This document shows, one piece after another, positions 13,698 to 14,311 of a DNA stretch of 14,311 bases. Position numbers and translations under genes: made by a program. The stretch comes from an uncultured Thermococci archaeon. Lineage in GTDB: Archaea > Methanobacteriota_B > Thermococci > Thermococcales > Thermococcaceae. The stretch is from NCBI GenBank assembly GCA_964615185.1, contig CAZTOS010000061.1, positions 1-14,311 on the forward strand, written 5' to 3'. Within the stretch, counting starts at the first letter, position 1. Every line of letters starts with the position of its first letter. The notes under the pieces are model-generated. The model was given only the letters and a program-made list of their open reading frames with translations, had not been told where the DNA came from and ran no database searches.

Positions 13698-14311
13698 TCG
13701 AGAAAGGCAGCATTAAAAAGCTAAAAAGCATTGTTGATGAGCTTTCCCCTTACAAAACTGTCGTAATAACTAACACAACTCTCGAAAAACTTTGGTTAGA
13801 TAAGATTTTGGAGCAAATAAGCGCTATTCCAATCGTCATTCCCGATGGAGAGAAGTTCAAAAGCCTTGAGACGGCTCAGCAGATATGGAAAGAGCTAATT
13901 GAGATCGGCTTCACAAGAAAATCTTTGATAATTGGGCTTGGTGGTGGGGTTATAACAGATTTAGCTGCTTTTGTTGCCTCCACTTTTATGAGGGGAACCT
14001 ATTTGGGCTTAATTCCAACGACGCTTTTAGCTCAAGTTGATGCTGCTATAGGGGGGAAGACAGGAGTAAATTTTGAAGGTAAGAATATCATTGGAACTTT
14101 TTACCCGTCCAATTTTGTTCTAATTGATCCAGAAACCCTAAAAACGCTTCCCGAGGTTGAAATATTGAACGGCTTTGGTGAGGTCGTTAAGTATGGGATT
14201 CTTGATTCGAGGGTTTATGAGAAGCTCAAATCTTTCAGGGAAATCAATGAAGAGCTAATTAGGGAATGCGTAAATGTAAAGCTCAGAATCGTTAAAGAGG
14301 ACTTAAGAGAG
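13685..14311 (+). CDS. aroB: 3-dehydroquinate synthase, partial (runs off the right edge)
   Basis: Hand translation from ATG 13685: [13 protein letters not shown]...IPDGEKFKSLE...GLGGGVITDLAAFVASTFMRG...IPTTLLAQVDAAIGGKTGVN; overlaps the DAHP synthase stop. Confidence 0.95.
   Translation, partial: MGIIIEKGSIKKLKSIVDELSPYKTVVITNTTLEKLWLDKILEQISAIPIVIPDGEKFKSLETAQQIWKELIEIGFTRKSLIIGLGGGVITDLAAFVASTFMRGTYLGLIPTTLLAQVDAAIGGKTGVNFEGKNIIGTFYPSNFVLIDPETLKTLPEVEILNGFGEVVKYGILDSRVYEKLKSFREINEELIRECVNVKLRIVKEDLRE

Overview
This window is from a hyperthermophilic archaeon of the Thermococcales, most likely a low-GC Thermococcus. The call rests on BRE/TATA promoters, GGTGA ribosome-binding sites and gene content. 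The left edge (1-776, minus strand) holds the 5' part of an IS200/IS605-family element with no tnpA in the part visible here. It carries a subterminal left-end hairpin, a 53-aa ribbon-helix-helix gene and, translationally coupled to it, the N-terminal half of tnpB; both genes are missing from the ORF track. The left end fits the IS608 guide rule and predicts a (T)TGAC target/TAM. The element sits in the oligo-T terminator of an unannotated 40-aa gene. Next come truA, an XPB-like SF2 helicase, a UbiD-family decarboxylase, a putative DUF6516-type toxin-antitoxin pair, a small hypothetical gene and two 10-12-10 inverted repeats. The right half holds two divergent amino-acid biosynthesis operons. 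On the minus strand: aspartokinase-thrB-thrC-asd-proC. On the plus strand: Tar-like regulator, split transketolase, DAHP synthase and aroB (partial). Two or three genes have strong ribosome-binding sites with no in-frame ATG at the usual spacing.
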